Shown here piece after piece: positions 33,995 through 46,600 of a DNA stretch of 64,000 bases; the stretch's first letter is position 1, and every line of letters begins with the position of its first letter. Below the pieces are notes generated by a model that saw only the letters and a list, made by a program, of their open reading frames with translations, searched no databases and had not been told where the DNA came from. Origin of the DNA: a virus (lineage: Duplodnaviria; Caudoviricetes); the IMG/VR virus record IMGVR_UViG_3300032328_000934, positions 14,975 through 78,974 of that record; one strand, given 5' to 3'. A program made the position numbers and the translations under genes.

Positions 33995-34396
33995 ATGATT
34001 GATTATGCATTTGGTTCGGGAGAGTACTACGAAAGCGTAGACGATTTATTACGAGATGACTCAATTCTCGAGGTCGATATTACTATAAAAGGTTTATCGA
34101 AGCGGGTGCGTATTCGCGCACTGTCGTTCTTGCAGATGGAAAAGATTAATCAACAGTCGTCAAAAAACGGCGAGATTGATAACATTGAATTTACGGTTAA
34201 CACTTTGGCAGAGGGCCTCGTTCGCCCTAAGATGAACCCAGCACAGGCGCGTAAGCTTTTAGAGGCTAATGGGGAGGTCGTACGTGAAGTCGCAGAAAAT
34301 ATTTGGACGCTTGGAAAAATTAGCAAAGACATGTTCGACAAGTACATCCAGACACTACAAAAAGACGCCGACTTATCGACCGACAAGTCGGAATAA
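33995..34396 (+). CDS. tail assembly chaperone (G-like)
   Basis: V.IRALS motif; between tail tube and TMP. Confidence 0.75.
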   Translation: MIDYAFGSGEYYESVDDLLRDDSILEVDITIKGLSKRVRIRALSFLQMEKINQQSSKNGEIDNIEFTVNTLAEGLVRPKMNPAQARKLLEANGEVVREVAENIWTLGKISKDMFDKYIQTLQKDADLSTDKSE

Positions 34397-34448
34397 CGGT
34401 ATACACTTATTTCTTCGTACTGCCGAATCGACTCGGGAGGAACTGGGC

Positions 34449-34658
34449 ATGTGGGTAGATCATTTTCTTCTACCTACTCAGTTCAATGCGTTACACGCTA
34501 AGAGTCTATCAGCGCTTACCTACGCACATTTGGCAGTCGTTATTGTAGCAAGACTGAGGTCACTCGAAGGTAGTGTGAGACGAAAGGAGAAACAGGCTAT
34601 TGAGAAAGAAAGAATTGAATTACGGAAAGAGGCCGATCTATTAGAACAATTTTTATAG
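34449..34658 (+). CDS. second tail chaperone segment (T-like); own ATG or frameshift product
   Basis: Frame open from before 34269; GGAGG before ATG 34449. Confidence 0.5.
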   Translation: MWVDHFLLPTQFNALHAKSLSALTYAHLAVVIVARLRSLEGSVRRKEKQAIEKERIELRKEADLLEQFL

Positions 34659-34668
34659 GAGGTAAATA

Positions 34669-37600
34669 ATGGCCGATGAGATACAGAAAGCAACAGAAGA
34701 TTTAAAACTACTGTTGCAGGCTTTGGAGGCTGTCAACGCAACTGAAAAGGGAGCAGCGCAGATTAAACCAGTGCTGGCAGAAATAGGCGGTAAAGAAGGT
34801 TTAGACGCATATAAAAGTGTAGCTGATTCAGCTGAAGCAGGAGTTTACCTGAGTCAATTGAACTCAATGATCAAGGCGCACGAGCAAATAAATAGACTTA
34901 TTCAGGAACAGATTCAACTAACTAAAACAGCAACCGAGTCAATGTCATCAAAACCAGCTCAAGGGGCAGATCAGTCTTGGTGGAATACAGTTGAACCCGC
35001 CCAAGTCTCAGTTCAAGCTCCAGCTCCAGCAGTCCCTGCTCAAGCCCCAGCAGCTCCGAGCAGGCCTGCCCCCGTGCGTGTGTCGAGATCTTCAAGTGAA
35101 CCGGTTGTTCTTCCCGTAGATCACAGAGATTCTACACAATACGCTTTGGTAAGCAGCAACACGGCACCGCCGTTAAGAAGTAGTGTCGGAAACCGCCCGC
35201 AAGGAGTTTCTGATACAGAATCAATTATTAAATACATTTCGGAAAATCCACATTTGCTTGCAACTCCTGCGGGTACCTACGACGAGGCAACAACTAAGAA
35301 AATAGTATATCTTCAACAATTAGTTGAAAGGGCATTGAAAGGGAAATCGAATAAAAATGCAGAAGCACTAATAGTCAATCAATTCAGAAGTTTATTTCCT
35401 GTAACAAAGGACTCTACTTTTCGTCAATTACAGGGCAGTGTAGGAGATCGTCCTGCTGGAATGGACTCACTTGAAAAAATTGTACAGTATGTCTCACAAA
35501 ATCCCGAGCAATTGGCGGCTGTTTCTGAAAATACACATACTGAAGAGACTGTTGAAAGATTAAATTCTTTTTTACAAGGGATTGCAAAAACTCGTTCGGG
35601 ACGTGCTGACTCTGCAACTAGAGTTCAAACTGTACTTGATTTTAGAAAACTTTTTCCTAAAGATTCTTCCAAAGTTGCAACCCAAGATTCACGCGCCGTA
35701 CTTATCGATACAATAAAAAGCGTGTTTAGTCATATAGGCATGGCTGATATGCCAGCCATTCAAAATTTACCTGAAGCAAACGACCAGTATATAATGGATC
35801 TTTTAAAGGATTCGATTGCGCGAGTCGGGGTAGTTAATCCGGATACAGGTCGGGTGAACGTAGCCAACTTAGAAGTCACACCTACGCCCTCAAGACTGGT
35901 TCGCATTATACGTGGATTAGGGAGAGTTGTTAAACAAGCAATTACGCGCCGTTCAGTCAGCACATCTGAGGTAGACGCGAGTGATCTATCTGCAGAAGTA
36001 ATAACACAAGTAGAAGATTTTAGAGAATCTGACCCTATTGAAGAACAGGTGCTGGCTGATGAAATAGGCGGAAAAATTTTTAAACCAATAGGTAATAGTG
36101 GCGGTGGCACAGTCTATGCGAGATCAAGCAGGTTTACAAATAATAAAGCGCAAGAGTCGTTGCGAAATTCAATACGAGGTAATAAAGATTATAAAGAAAA
36201 TGTAGAAGAAATTCAGGATAAAGTGGCTAATGCTCAAGGTACTGATGTAACTGGCTATGATGCTTCGTCCGTATTTCCAATATCTAGTGTTCAATCAATA
36301 TCCCAAAGTATTAAGGCCCAACGCGAGCAAGTAAACGAAGAAATTGTTGCCGGTAAGTTTAAAGAAGTTGAAATTGGCGGCAGAATTTACAGATTACCTG
36401 AAACTTTAGCAAACAAACAAGTGGCTATTGCTCGCGCCGCTCACTCGATGAGTAAAGATACTAGTCTTGTAGGTAGACGCGCTCGAAGTGATAGAAAAGG
36501 TGGCATAGGTATTTACGGTGCCGCTTCTATACAGGATGAGACAATCAACTTACACGCCGCGGCAATGCTCGAGCATTATCTTAGCAACCCAGAAGAACCA
36601 ATAGAATCTAGTTTAGATTCTCAGTTTATGCGCGAGGTTGTAACTCAAGAATTAGATATAGATCAGCCTAGAGATGCTAATACTCAAAATGCTTTGCGCT
36701 TGTATGCACAACGTTCTATAGAATCTTTGCAATCAACAGCTGACTTTGCGTATGAGAATGTGGCCGCAGCTACAAACCCGGCAGGCAGGACTGCACAAGT
36801 AAACTTTGCAGAACGGACATTGCAGCAAAAAGCATTTATAGAAAAAATTCTTTCAGCCAAGACTTCCAGAGAAGAGCGCGGCAGGATGTTAGATATACCT
36901 AAGCGTGTTTTGACCCCAGAATTGCAAGAACAACGAAATCAAATACAAAAGAAAGCAATTCAAAATTTACTAGATCAAGGTCATAGTGCAGATAAAATAA
37001 AAGAACTTGCAGAAAGTTATGCTGAGGGTACATTAACTCCTGAACAGCGACGTCCACTTCAGGAGTTAATCGACTTTGATACACATAATGAAAGAACCGT
37101 AGAAGTAGAGGGTGAGTATGAACCTTTAACAATTGATCAGGCATTAACGTATATCTACGGTGCTGATATTGCAGCAGTACCTAAGTTTGAGGACGCCTCC
37201 ATAGGTATACGAAGATATGCTACTAAAGTCAGCAAAGGGCTTGCTAAAAAGGGAGTCGCCCGTCCGGCAAGGCCTTACCGAACTAAAACTACTTTCGGTA
37301 AAATTATGGGTACTGCAACAAATGAGGGAATGTACGAATCGCTGGATGATAAACTTAAAAAAGAATCTAGTTTTGAAGATCAGCTGAGCTCAGTTGGGCT
37401 TAGAGGTACAGAGCGTGATTACCGAGATGCAGAAAGACCGGGTGTTGCTCCAGATACTGCACTAACCGGTCCTAATATGACTCGACCGTTAATGATGCGG
37501 CAAGAAATATATGATTTAGTAGACGATTTTTTTGGGCTCTCTACTGATAAAAACGCTGGCCTACTGAGCACCGTCAACTACGCGAGTCAACTCACAGATG

Positions 37601-40600
37601 GAAAAAGTGCAATAAATACTCCAGAGGAGATAAAACACACATACGATTATTACGCAGATCCAGAGGGACTAACCCCTAAGGATGCGTTAGGTTCTTTATT
37701 TGCTGGTGCTGAGGATTTTCGTAGTTTAGCCGACACAAGTCTACCTATAATTGACTATGCAAAACTAGCTACAAAAGAGTCGAGGTCTGAGTATGAACAG
37801 AGTGCATTAGATACAATTCAAAAACGAAACCCGGCATTTGCTCAATTTGACGAAGATCAGTTAAAGCGATTAGCCGCCGTAGATGTGACCAAGTCGCCTA
37901 AACAAATCGTAAGGCAAATAATTGAGATTATTGGTAAACAAGTACAAGAAGCAATTATAAGAGCCAGCACTAGAATACTAACAAGGCAAATGCAAGACAA
38001 GGCGTTAACTGACGCAGCCCAAAATGAAGATGGAATTCCGGGAATTGCTGGATTTACATTAGATCAGATAAAAGCGTTGGCCAACGCTGATACCTCAGAA
38101 TTACCATACGATCCAGCATTAGATAGTAGCGACGAAAATACGCGATCTGAAGCCATGCAACGACGCGATGAGCGGGCGTATGAAATAGATGTAATAAATC
38201 AAGTTAGAAGAACAGCGGCAGATGCAGCAAATCAAGCAGAATCACAAATTCAATCCATGCTCAATGATTACGCGACAAACGGAAATCGACCAAGAGATAA
38301 AGCGCAGGCGGAGCTTTTTGATGCTCTTGATTTTTTTGAGTTAGATACTTTTGATAACGACCTTGGTATAAACAGCGCATTTGGCCTAATTGATCGAGTG
38401 ATTGAAGATCAAACTGGTGGCATGAGTCAGCTTGACTTTTTCTCAAGTACGATGGGAAATGCTGTACCAAACTCTTCGGTAGCGGTTGACTCGAGTGAAG
38501 ACACGAGAAAGGCTGTGTTAGAAATCGGCCGAACTACTGCTCAAGAAGAAGCCGGAAGAACAACTGGTGTCACTGCTGTTCGGCGTAAAAAAGATTACGG
38601 TGAAGAGTATGACAGTAATCAACAATATGCTGAAGGTTTAATACAAAAATCGAAAAGTGCCGATGAATCCAAACGCAAAGAAGCTTTGCAAACTATTGCA
38701 ATGCATCGAGCAGTTGCTAAGCAAAGGGGTGGCGATCCAGCAATGTGGGCGTCTGAGGGCTTGATCGGGCAGGAAGAGGGGTTTAGTGGAGACCATGTAT
38801 CAAGAGCCATTCAGTTCTTAAATTACACCGCTCTGCAAAAAAAAGCTGCGGCAGGTGACACAGATGCACGGGAGGAAGCTGCTCGTATTGATGAGCAACG
38901 TGCTCTAGTTCGAGAACGCGCTTTGAACGTGGACGAGACCGCAAGGTTTCAATATAACCCCATACTTGGCGAAAGAGCCTATATTACAGTAAGCCCGTCG
39001 GGTCGAGAACTGTTACAAGGAACTCCTTACTCAGGTCAAGTTAAAACAGCAAATATGCAGGACGAATTTGGGGAGGATGTATACGAGACTGGAACTGACA
39101 TGAATCCGTTAATTGATTCGATTGAGAAGGCTAGTCTCCCTACGTTCCGTGAATCAGGAAATCCGGAATTGTACCGAGAGATGGTTTTGCTACGAAATCC
39201 AGACTTGCGAGCAATAGTTGCACAGACCAATCGGCAACTTAATCAAATAGGAAACGAGGACATAGATTCCGATTTTTTTCCCAGTGACTTAAATGATACC
39301 AGCCCGGGCGGACAGGCTGATCAAATAGACGATATGATATTGCAATTATTGAAGCGCAGAGAAGAAATCAAAAAGAAAGATAATAGAGACATGGGGCAGA
39401 CCGACTCGCCTATTCTCTCCTACTCTGCGGAAAGGTTGGTTGGTGAGCAATTAGGTGAAATGTCTACCGACGCGTACAATCGATTACATATAAACTCCGC
39501 TGCTTCATTACTTAGTGAACAAGAACGCGAAAGTTTAACGCAGGAGAGAGAAAATCTTATAAGAGACACTGGCTCAGTAAGGAAGTTTAAGCCAAGTTCA
39601 GCAAAAGAGAAAAATCGTTTACATGAAATAAACAAAAAACTTGCACAAGATTCTGCTACGAGAATGGCAATGGATCCACGCTTTGCGACACCGACCGGTA
39701 TTGGAACACCTCAGTTACTTGAGGCTATTGCACTAACTGCGGAAAACCCTGACAGAAGCGGTGTAGCAAACAAGGCAATTGAAATGTTGGCTGAGCTAAC
39801 GCCCGAAGAAATAGATTTTTTAAATACACTTGACTTAAGTGACAAAAAGAAGCGCGAGGAAGCTATCAAAAACGGTCCTACATCTGTTGTAAACTTACTT
39901 AAAAAAATAAATTTTAGAGACCCCGCTATTAAAAAGCTTTTAGCTAGCAATTATACCTTAAATATTGGAGAAGAGTCGACGCGTCGAGGAGATAGAACTT
40001 CACCAAGAAACCCAAGGCAAGCAGCTAAAAGAAGTCGGCTTCAATTAGCCAGCGATGCACTTGCAGTAAAAGAAACGGATGATTTAGGAGCATTTGTAGA
40101 ACCCGCAGAACCTAAAAGTAGTTTTAAAGTAACAACCAATGAAGATTTAATTAAGCAGATTAGGGCGTTAGATCTCGATACCGAGGAAGGTTTAGCGGAA
40201 GCCGAAAAGGTGGTAAGAGCTTCAGAGTCAGAAACGCCACTTCCCGAAGATCCAACTTTAAGAAAAGACATAGTAAAGTATTTAGTAGCTAGGTACGTAA
40301 AAAATCTTAGCAGGCCACAATCTGCACCGACGCAGTCGAGGGCTGGAGCAGTCGTTAAAAATCTGAAAGGTGTAAACGCGGTTGTTGCAGCGGAGCGTAG
40401 AGGTGAAGGTGTTAGTACACTTCGTAAACAGGGTGTAGGTGATGCACACTACGGTAACCCGTTCACACTGCAAAAACCACAAGCCGGTGAAGTACCAGTA
40501 ACTTCAGTTAAAGAAGCGGTCGATCGGTATAAAGCGTGGTTGGCAGGAACCGCCGATCAAGATGTCAAACCGGAACAGCGCGACTGGATTCTTTCACAGA

Positions 40601-43600
40601 TTGACGCGGGTGCTCTTGATGACCAAGATCTTCTGTATTACACTCAATTGAACGAGCCGTCACATGCCGATGCATTGGCTGAATTTGTAAATAATCGTAA
40701 GAGATCCGTACCAGAGCCTGAGGTTGCAACTGCGCCCGCAGTCTCTGCGCCTATGCCAGCACCAGCACCCAAAGCAGAAAAACCAAAAAGAACTAGAACA
40801 AAACGGGAGAAACCAGTTAAAGAAGTTACTCCCCCACCTGCTGAAATTGTAAAAGCTCCTGAACCGGAACCAATCGTAGTAGCTCCTGAACCAGAACCGG
40901 CCGTAGTAGCTCCTCCGCCTATATCAACTGAGACCCCTAAGCCTTCTAGCACTACCAGAGAAAGAATGACTTTGCAAGAAAGAAGGTCACGTTTGGTAGC
41001 ATTACGGTTAAAGCAAAGACATTTACCGGCAAACTCGGAATTGAATAAAAAGTACCTAACACTTCAAAAACGCAAGCCTGTTTGGTATGATGAGGATGAT
41101 ACAAATCTTGAAGCGGTAGAAGAGAAAATGAGGGAGGACTCGATTGAGCTTGGACCTCGCCACAATAGAAGCGCAAGAATAAAAGCGGCTAATAAATATA
41201 TAGATTCAATAGGAGCCCAAGTAGATGACTCCGCTGATAGCCCGCAATATGACGCTATTAGTAAGGTAAGCATGGCGAGTGACCTCGAGACAGTTGAAAG
41301 ATTAGAGTCGCGTCTTGGCTTAAGCCCGTACAAAGAAAGTCCTGTTGTACCTAGTGTAGCAACAACTCCAACACCTACTACACCTCCAGTAGCACCTTCT
41401 GAATCTACAGCTTTAGCTAGAGTTCCTAGTACGGCATTAGCTAGAGTATTGACTGCCGCCCTAGCTACAGTTCCACCCTCTACAGCATTAGCTACAGTCC
41501 CAAGCTCTACAGCATTGGCTAGAGTAGTAACTACAGCGTTGGCTACGGTTCCCGCCTCTACGGCGTTAGCTACAGTTCCAAGTTCCACAGCGTTAGCTAA
41601 AGTTATAACTACAGCGTTAGCTACAGTTCCTAGAATTGCAACTCCTGCACCCACAACCGTCACAGCTCCTACAACGCCGCTTCTTACTGGCCCGACAACT
41701 ACAGCATTAGCCACAGTGCCTAAAACTCCAGCTCCTGCAACACCTGCAACTACAGCTCCACCGGCAACAACTACAGCCTTAGCTGTGGTTCCTAAGACTC
41801 CGGCCCCTTCAACTGCGGCAACACCTGCAACTCCGACTGTACCTCCTGCAACTACAGCATTAGCAGTTGTTCCTAAAACTCCGACTCCTGCAACTCCTGC
41901 TCCTAAAGCTCCAATTATAACTCCACCTCCTGCAGCTGCTACGGCTTCGACAGTACCACTTCTTACTGGCCCTACAGCACCAGCACCTCTAATTACTTTT
42001 AGTGGAGAACCAACTGCTCCATTACCAACTATTACTGTTCCACCTGTAGCTCCTGCAACTGGACCTGCTGGGACTTCACCAAGAACTCCAAGAGCTCCAA
42101 GAGCTCCTAAACCAGCACCAGCACCAGCACCTCTAATTACCTTTAGTGGAGCTCCGACTGCTCCAATTGTTTTACCGACTGTTCCGCCTGTAACTGTAAC
42201 TCCAAGAGCTCCTAGAGCTCCAAGAGCTCCTAAACCACCACCGGCACCAATTGTTCCTTTTAGTGGAGCTCCGACTGCTCCATTACCAACTATCACTGTT
42301 CCACCTGTAGCTCCTGCAACTGGACCTGCTGGGACTTCACCGTCCACGGCTCCGTCTGGTGGTGGTATTACTGCACCGGGTGCAACTATTACAGTTACCG
42401 GCGGTACAGTTACCATTACCGGATCAACAGTTACTGGTGGAACGGGTGGCACTGGCGGTGCGGGCGGAAGCGGAACGGGTGGCACTGGCGGCACTGGTGG
42501 CGGTGGTGGCGGTGGATTCCGCAGAAGTAACCTAACTGACATGATTTTTGGTCAGATGGACGTACTAAGTGACAGAACTAAAGATGTTATACGCGCGGCT
42601 CCTGATGAACCAGCTCGAATAGCGCTTGTACAGGCAGCACGGGATCGATATGCAAAGTTACAACAAAAAGCATTGCAAACTCAAATAGACTACGGATCGC
42701 CGAGCATGATACTTAATCCTACGGTGCCCGGGCTTGTAGCGGGCTTAGATACTAGCAAAAATCCATTGCAAGACTTAAATACTATGACAGAGGCCGTGCT
42801 TCAGGATCAAATAGCTAGTGCTGTAGAAAGAGATCGAATTGAAAATGATCCAACTTTATCAGCCGCGGACAGAAAACTTGAACTCGCCGCCTTAGACGCA
42901 TCCGATCGAGAACTTAATGATTTTGCGGCCGTACTAAAAAAAGTTACAGAAGATCTCAATCGATTTCAGCAAGCGGTCCGAGTACCCAATACGGCATTTG
43001 GTAATACTTCTGGTAGGGGTGGTGGTGGTGGTGGCGGTCCAACAATTCGTACAGCTTCAGGTAAAGTATTGTCAGAGGCCGACGTACTGGCATTATCTGA
43101 TCTAGAAAGTAAACGAAATTTATACGCCTCCTTTCAAGGAAACCTGCCAAACTTAGGTTCTCGTTTTGATTCGCAATTAGATTTGACACGGAGAACTCGT
43201 AGATTTGCTGATGCAACACTTTCACAACTACCCGCCGTTGATTTAACAGGCGTTGACTTTATGGGCGACGTTGCAAAAGAGACTGCAGCAAATGCGGCAG
43301 CTGCTGAACTGCAAGATGCAATAGCACAGATAAAACCGAACACACTTGAAACTAGGCCTATTGAGGAACTTGCAGTTGATTTGTCGAGAGTTAACGAAGC
43401 GGCAATAAAACTTAACGACGTTATAGAAGGTGCTGGTAATGTAGATGCTGCACAAAGTGGTATACAAAACGTAGTAACAGCAACTGGATTTGCGGAAAGA
43501 CAGCAAGCAAGATCTGGTGCCGAGATTGATAAACAATCGGCATCAAATGCAAGAAACTTGGAAGAGAATATGCAGGCAATTGTCAGTCAGCCCGGATTGA

Positions 43601-46600
43601 TTCGCCGTCTAACCGGTGGTGTACAAAGAGAGGGCGCCCAGCATGTGCGTGAATATCTCAGAGGAATCTTCGGCGACTCTGCTGAAGGACGCAAGGCAAC
43701 TGACACTATGTTTTACAAAGATCAGATGGTTGCGTATGATGATCGAGGACGACGCCGTAATATTGTAGGTGCAAGTACACAAGAATTGCAGAACCTGCAG
43801 GCGCGAGTGAAAGCCGAAAGTGGCATGGACGTATCAATGGATGACCTCCAGCGTACTCAGCGTGCAATGGCTCGTGTTCAACAAGCCCGCAATCAATCAC
43901 CGTTTAATGACGTACTGTCGTACGGTATGTCGAAAATGCGGGATCTTGACTCACTTGGTCAAACTGTGATGGGTGTTATGAATGCACCCCAAACTATTGC
44001 ATCTACAATCAGTCAAATTGGCGACCCTCAACTTCGTACCGATCGCATAATGACCACAGCCAGAGCGTTGTCATTAAGTCCAGAAACGTACACCAAAGCG
44101 CTTGCCGCCGCTACGCAACAACAATCAAGATTTGGTGGTACACTGTCAAAAAACTTGGAGGACATGACCTCATTTATTCCTATATCGAATACGTACGGAG
44201 TGGATGTCGGCAAGTCAGTTCAAGTAGCAAGAAAGCTGGCCGCGTTTGACCCAGCACAAGGAATGCAAGGTGCAAGTATTGCGCTTAAAGAATTTTTATC
44301 GGGTAACGTGTCTTCATTGAGCCGTCGTTTCGAAATTAATCGTAGCGATTTGTCAAAGATCAACACCGGCGATGCGAACGAAATGTTGGATTCACTCGAC
44401 ACCCTTCTAGGTAAAATGGGTGTTACCGATAAACTTATTGACGATCAAGCGAACTCGTTAGCAACTAAGTACGACCGCATGACAGGTCGTCTTGAAACAA
44501 TGCAAGTGGGCTTTAGTGCATTCGCTGTTAATGCCATGACGCCAATACTTGAGCCAATACTTGGAGACAAGTCTTTCCTTGCAAAAGGTGCATTAGATCA
44601 AAATTTGCAAAAAGTTGTTACGGAGCGGTTAAAGTCCTATGGGGACTCAGTGCTAAGCGATCCCAAGACTGGATTAAAAACAGTAGATGTTTTTTCTTCG
44701 GATTTTGTTAAAAAACTGGATCCACTGTTAGGTGCAGCAAACGACTCAACTTCTACCGCTGCGTTAGATTTTACAGGTATGACTGGGAACGTGTCCAACG
44801 TTGAGTTGTACAGACGAATGGGTAATATGAGCGATAGCGATCGACGCCGTATTCAACAGAGTGCTCAAATGAGTGTACTGATGGGTATGAATCAAGAACC
44901 CGCAATACTTAAAGCTATGCGCGATGTGGGCGGGGACTTTTTTAGCGGCGAGGAATTTCAAGCACAAAGAAGACCGTTAGGATTCTACGGTCAAGCTATG
45001 GATGCACCGTTAAAAAGACAAATGCTGGATCAAGCAGAAAAGGGAATGAAATTGGGTCAGGAGGGTCAGCAGGTTGAAATTCTCCATCAAGTCGATGCGG
45101 ACACATATGACGTTAGAATGCCCGACGGTAAAAGAGAACGAGTTCGTCTTGCAGGGGTAGATGCTCCTGAAAAAAATACTAAGGAAGGTCAGCAAGCCAG
45201 TGCCTATGCTCGTTATCTGATTGGTACTGACCCTAATAACCCAAAAAATAAGAAAAAAACCGCTACTTTGTACTCAAAAGGTGACCGCGATGCTTACGGT
45301 AGACTTATGGGTAGTGTAGCAGTCGGTGGTCGTGATCTCGGTACTGCGTTGGTTGCTAGCGGTAGCGCGGCAGTCTATAACTTTGAAGGTAAATACGGTG
45401 AAGATCTTATTGCACCGTTGTCAGCACTAGAAAGAAATGCCGCAAACACAGGAATGGGCCCAATAAATGAGCAAGCCGCTCGATTAGGTTTGGGCGCTAA
45501 CTCGGAAATTTCACAAACAGTCAGAGATAAGTATTTTCGAGATAAATACATGAGTGTAGGAGGTCTCTACGGGGCTGTGGGTGGTGCTATTGGCGGCACT
45601 ATTCTCGGCGGTGTAAATGCCTTCACCGCACTTGGTGCAGCAGGTGGCGTAGCCGGAGCTGCAGGCGTAGCTAGTATACCGGTACTCCCGATTGCAGCGG
45701 GTATAGCTGCCCTCACCGCCGCAGGCACTATCGGTTACTCCGCGTATACAGATAGTAAAGATACTAGTGCCCCAAAAATGCGTGAACTGTACCGATTGCA
45801 AAGTGAGGAGGATTTACAAAAACAATCGGAAAACGTCGGTAATCAACTGTACAGACAAGCGGCGAGAGACAATCAAGCAAGAGCTTCTTTTGAACAAAAT
45901 GCAAAAAATCCTTTTCAGCAATTGTATGCCAAATCGTTTAATTATTTTAGTCCGACTGAGTCACAGAAAGCACGCGAGGCATTTGTAAGTCAGTACACTG
46001 AATCAGGCAAAGAGTTATCTAAGTATTATAATGGCTTAGCATCAGACCAAAAGAAAGTGTACGAACTGGTTGTTAATGATCCCGCAACAAAACAACGCAC
46101 AAGTGTATTTAAAGCAATTCAAATGTATCAATCGCTAATTTATCGCGATGCAGAAAAAACTGATATAGTTGCTCATACATTACTTGAGCAGAACGAAAGT
46201 AATTATAATGACTTTGCAAGTCGAGTGTACGACACCATGCAGGCATCAAAATTAATCGAAACTGCCCAAGAATACGGAATTCGAACTACGTATGAAACAC
46301 CGTATAAAGGAACTGGACCAATGGAGGCTCAACGTACCATGGGTACGGTAAGCAGTGTGATGGATCTGCAGCAGTTCTATGATCTAAGCAAAGAGCAGCG
46401 CGACTCTGTAGCAAAGCAGCTAGATGAGGCAATCAACACTCCAAGTTGGAAACGGTTTGCAACGGAATATACAGATCAAGCGATGGAAAAGCAATTTGCA
46501 ATGTCACAGCAGAGATTTACAACGTTTGTCGACAATACTGCATTGAACTCGTTGGCAGGTATGAATCCGGGTCAACTAAGTTCCTCCGTCTTTGGTTTTC

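Noticed and set aside
41064-42542. 492-aa minus-strand ORF
   Set aside because: Antisense shadow of the low-complexity Pro/Ala/Thr codons of the TMP
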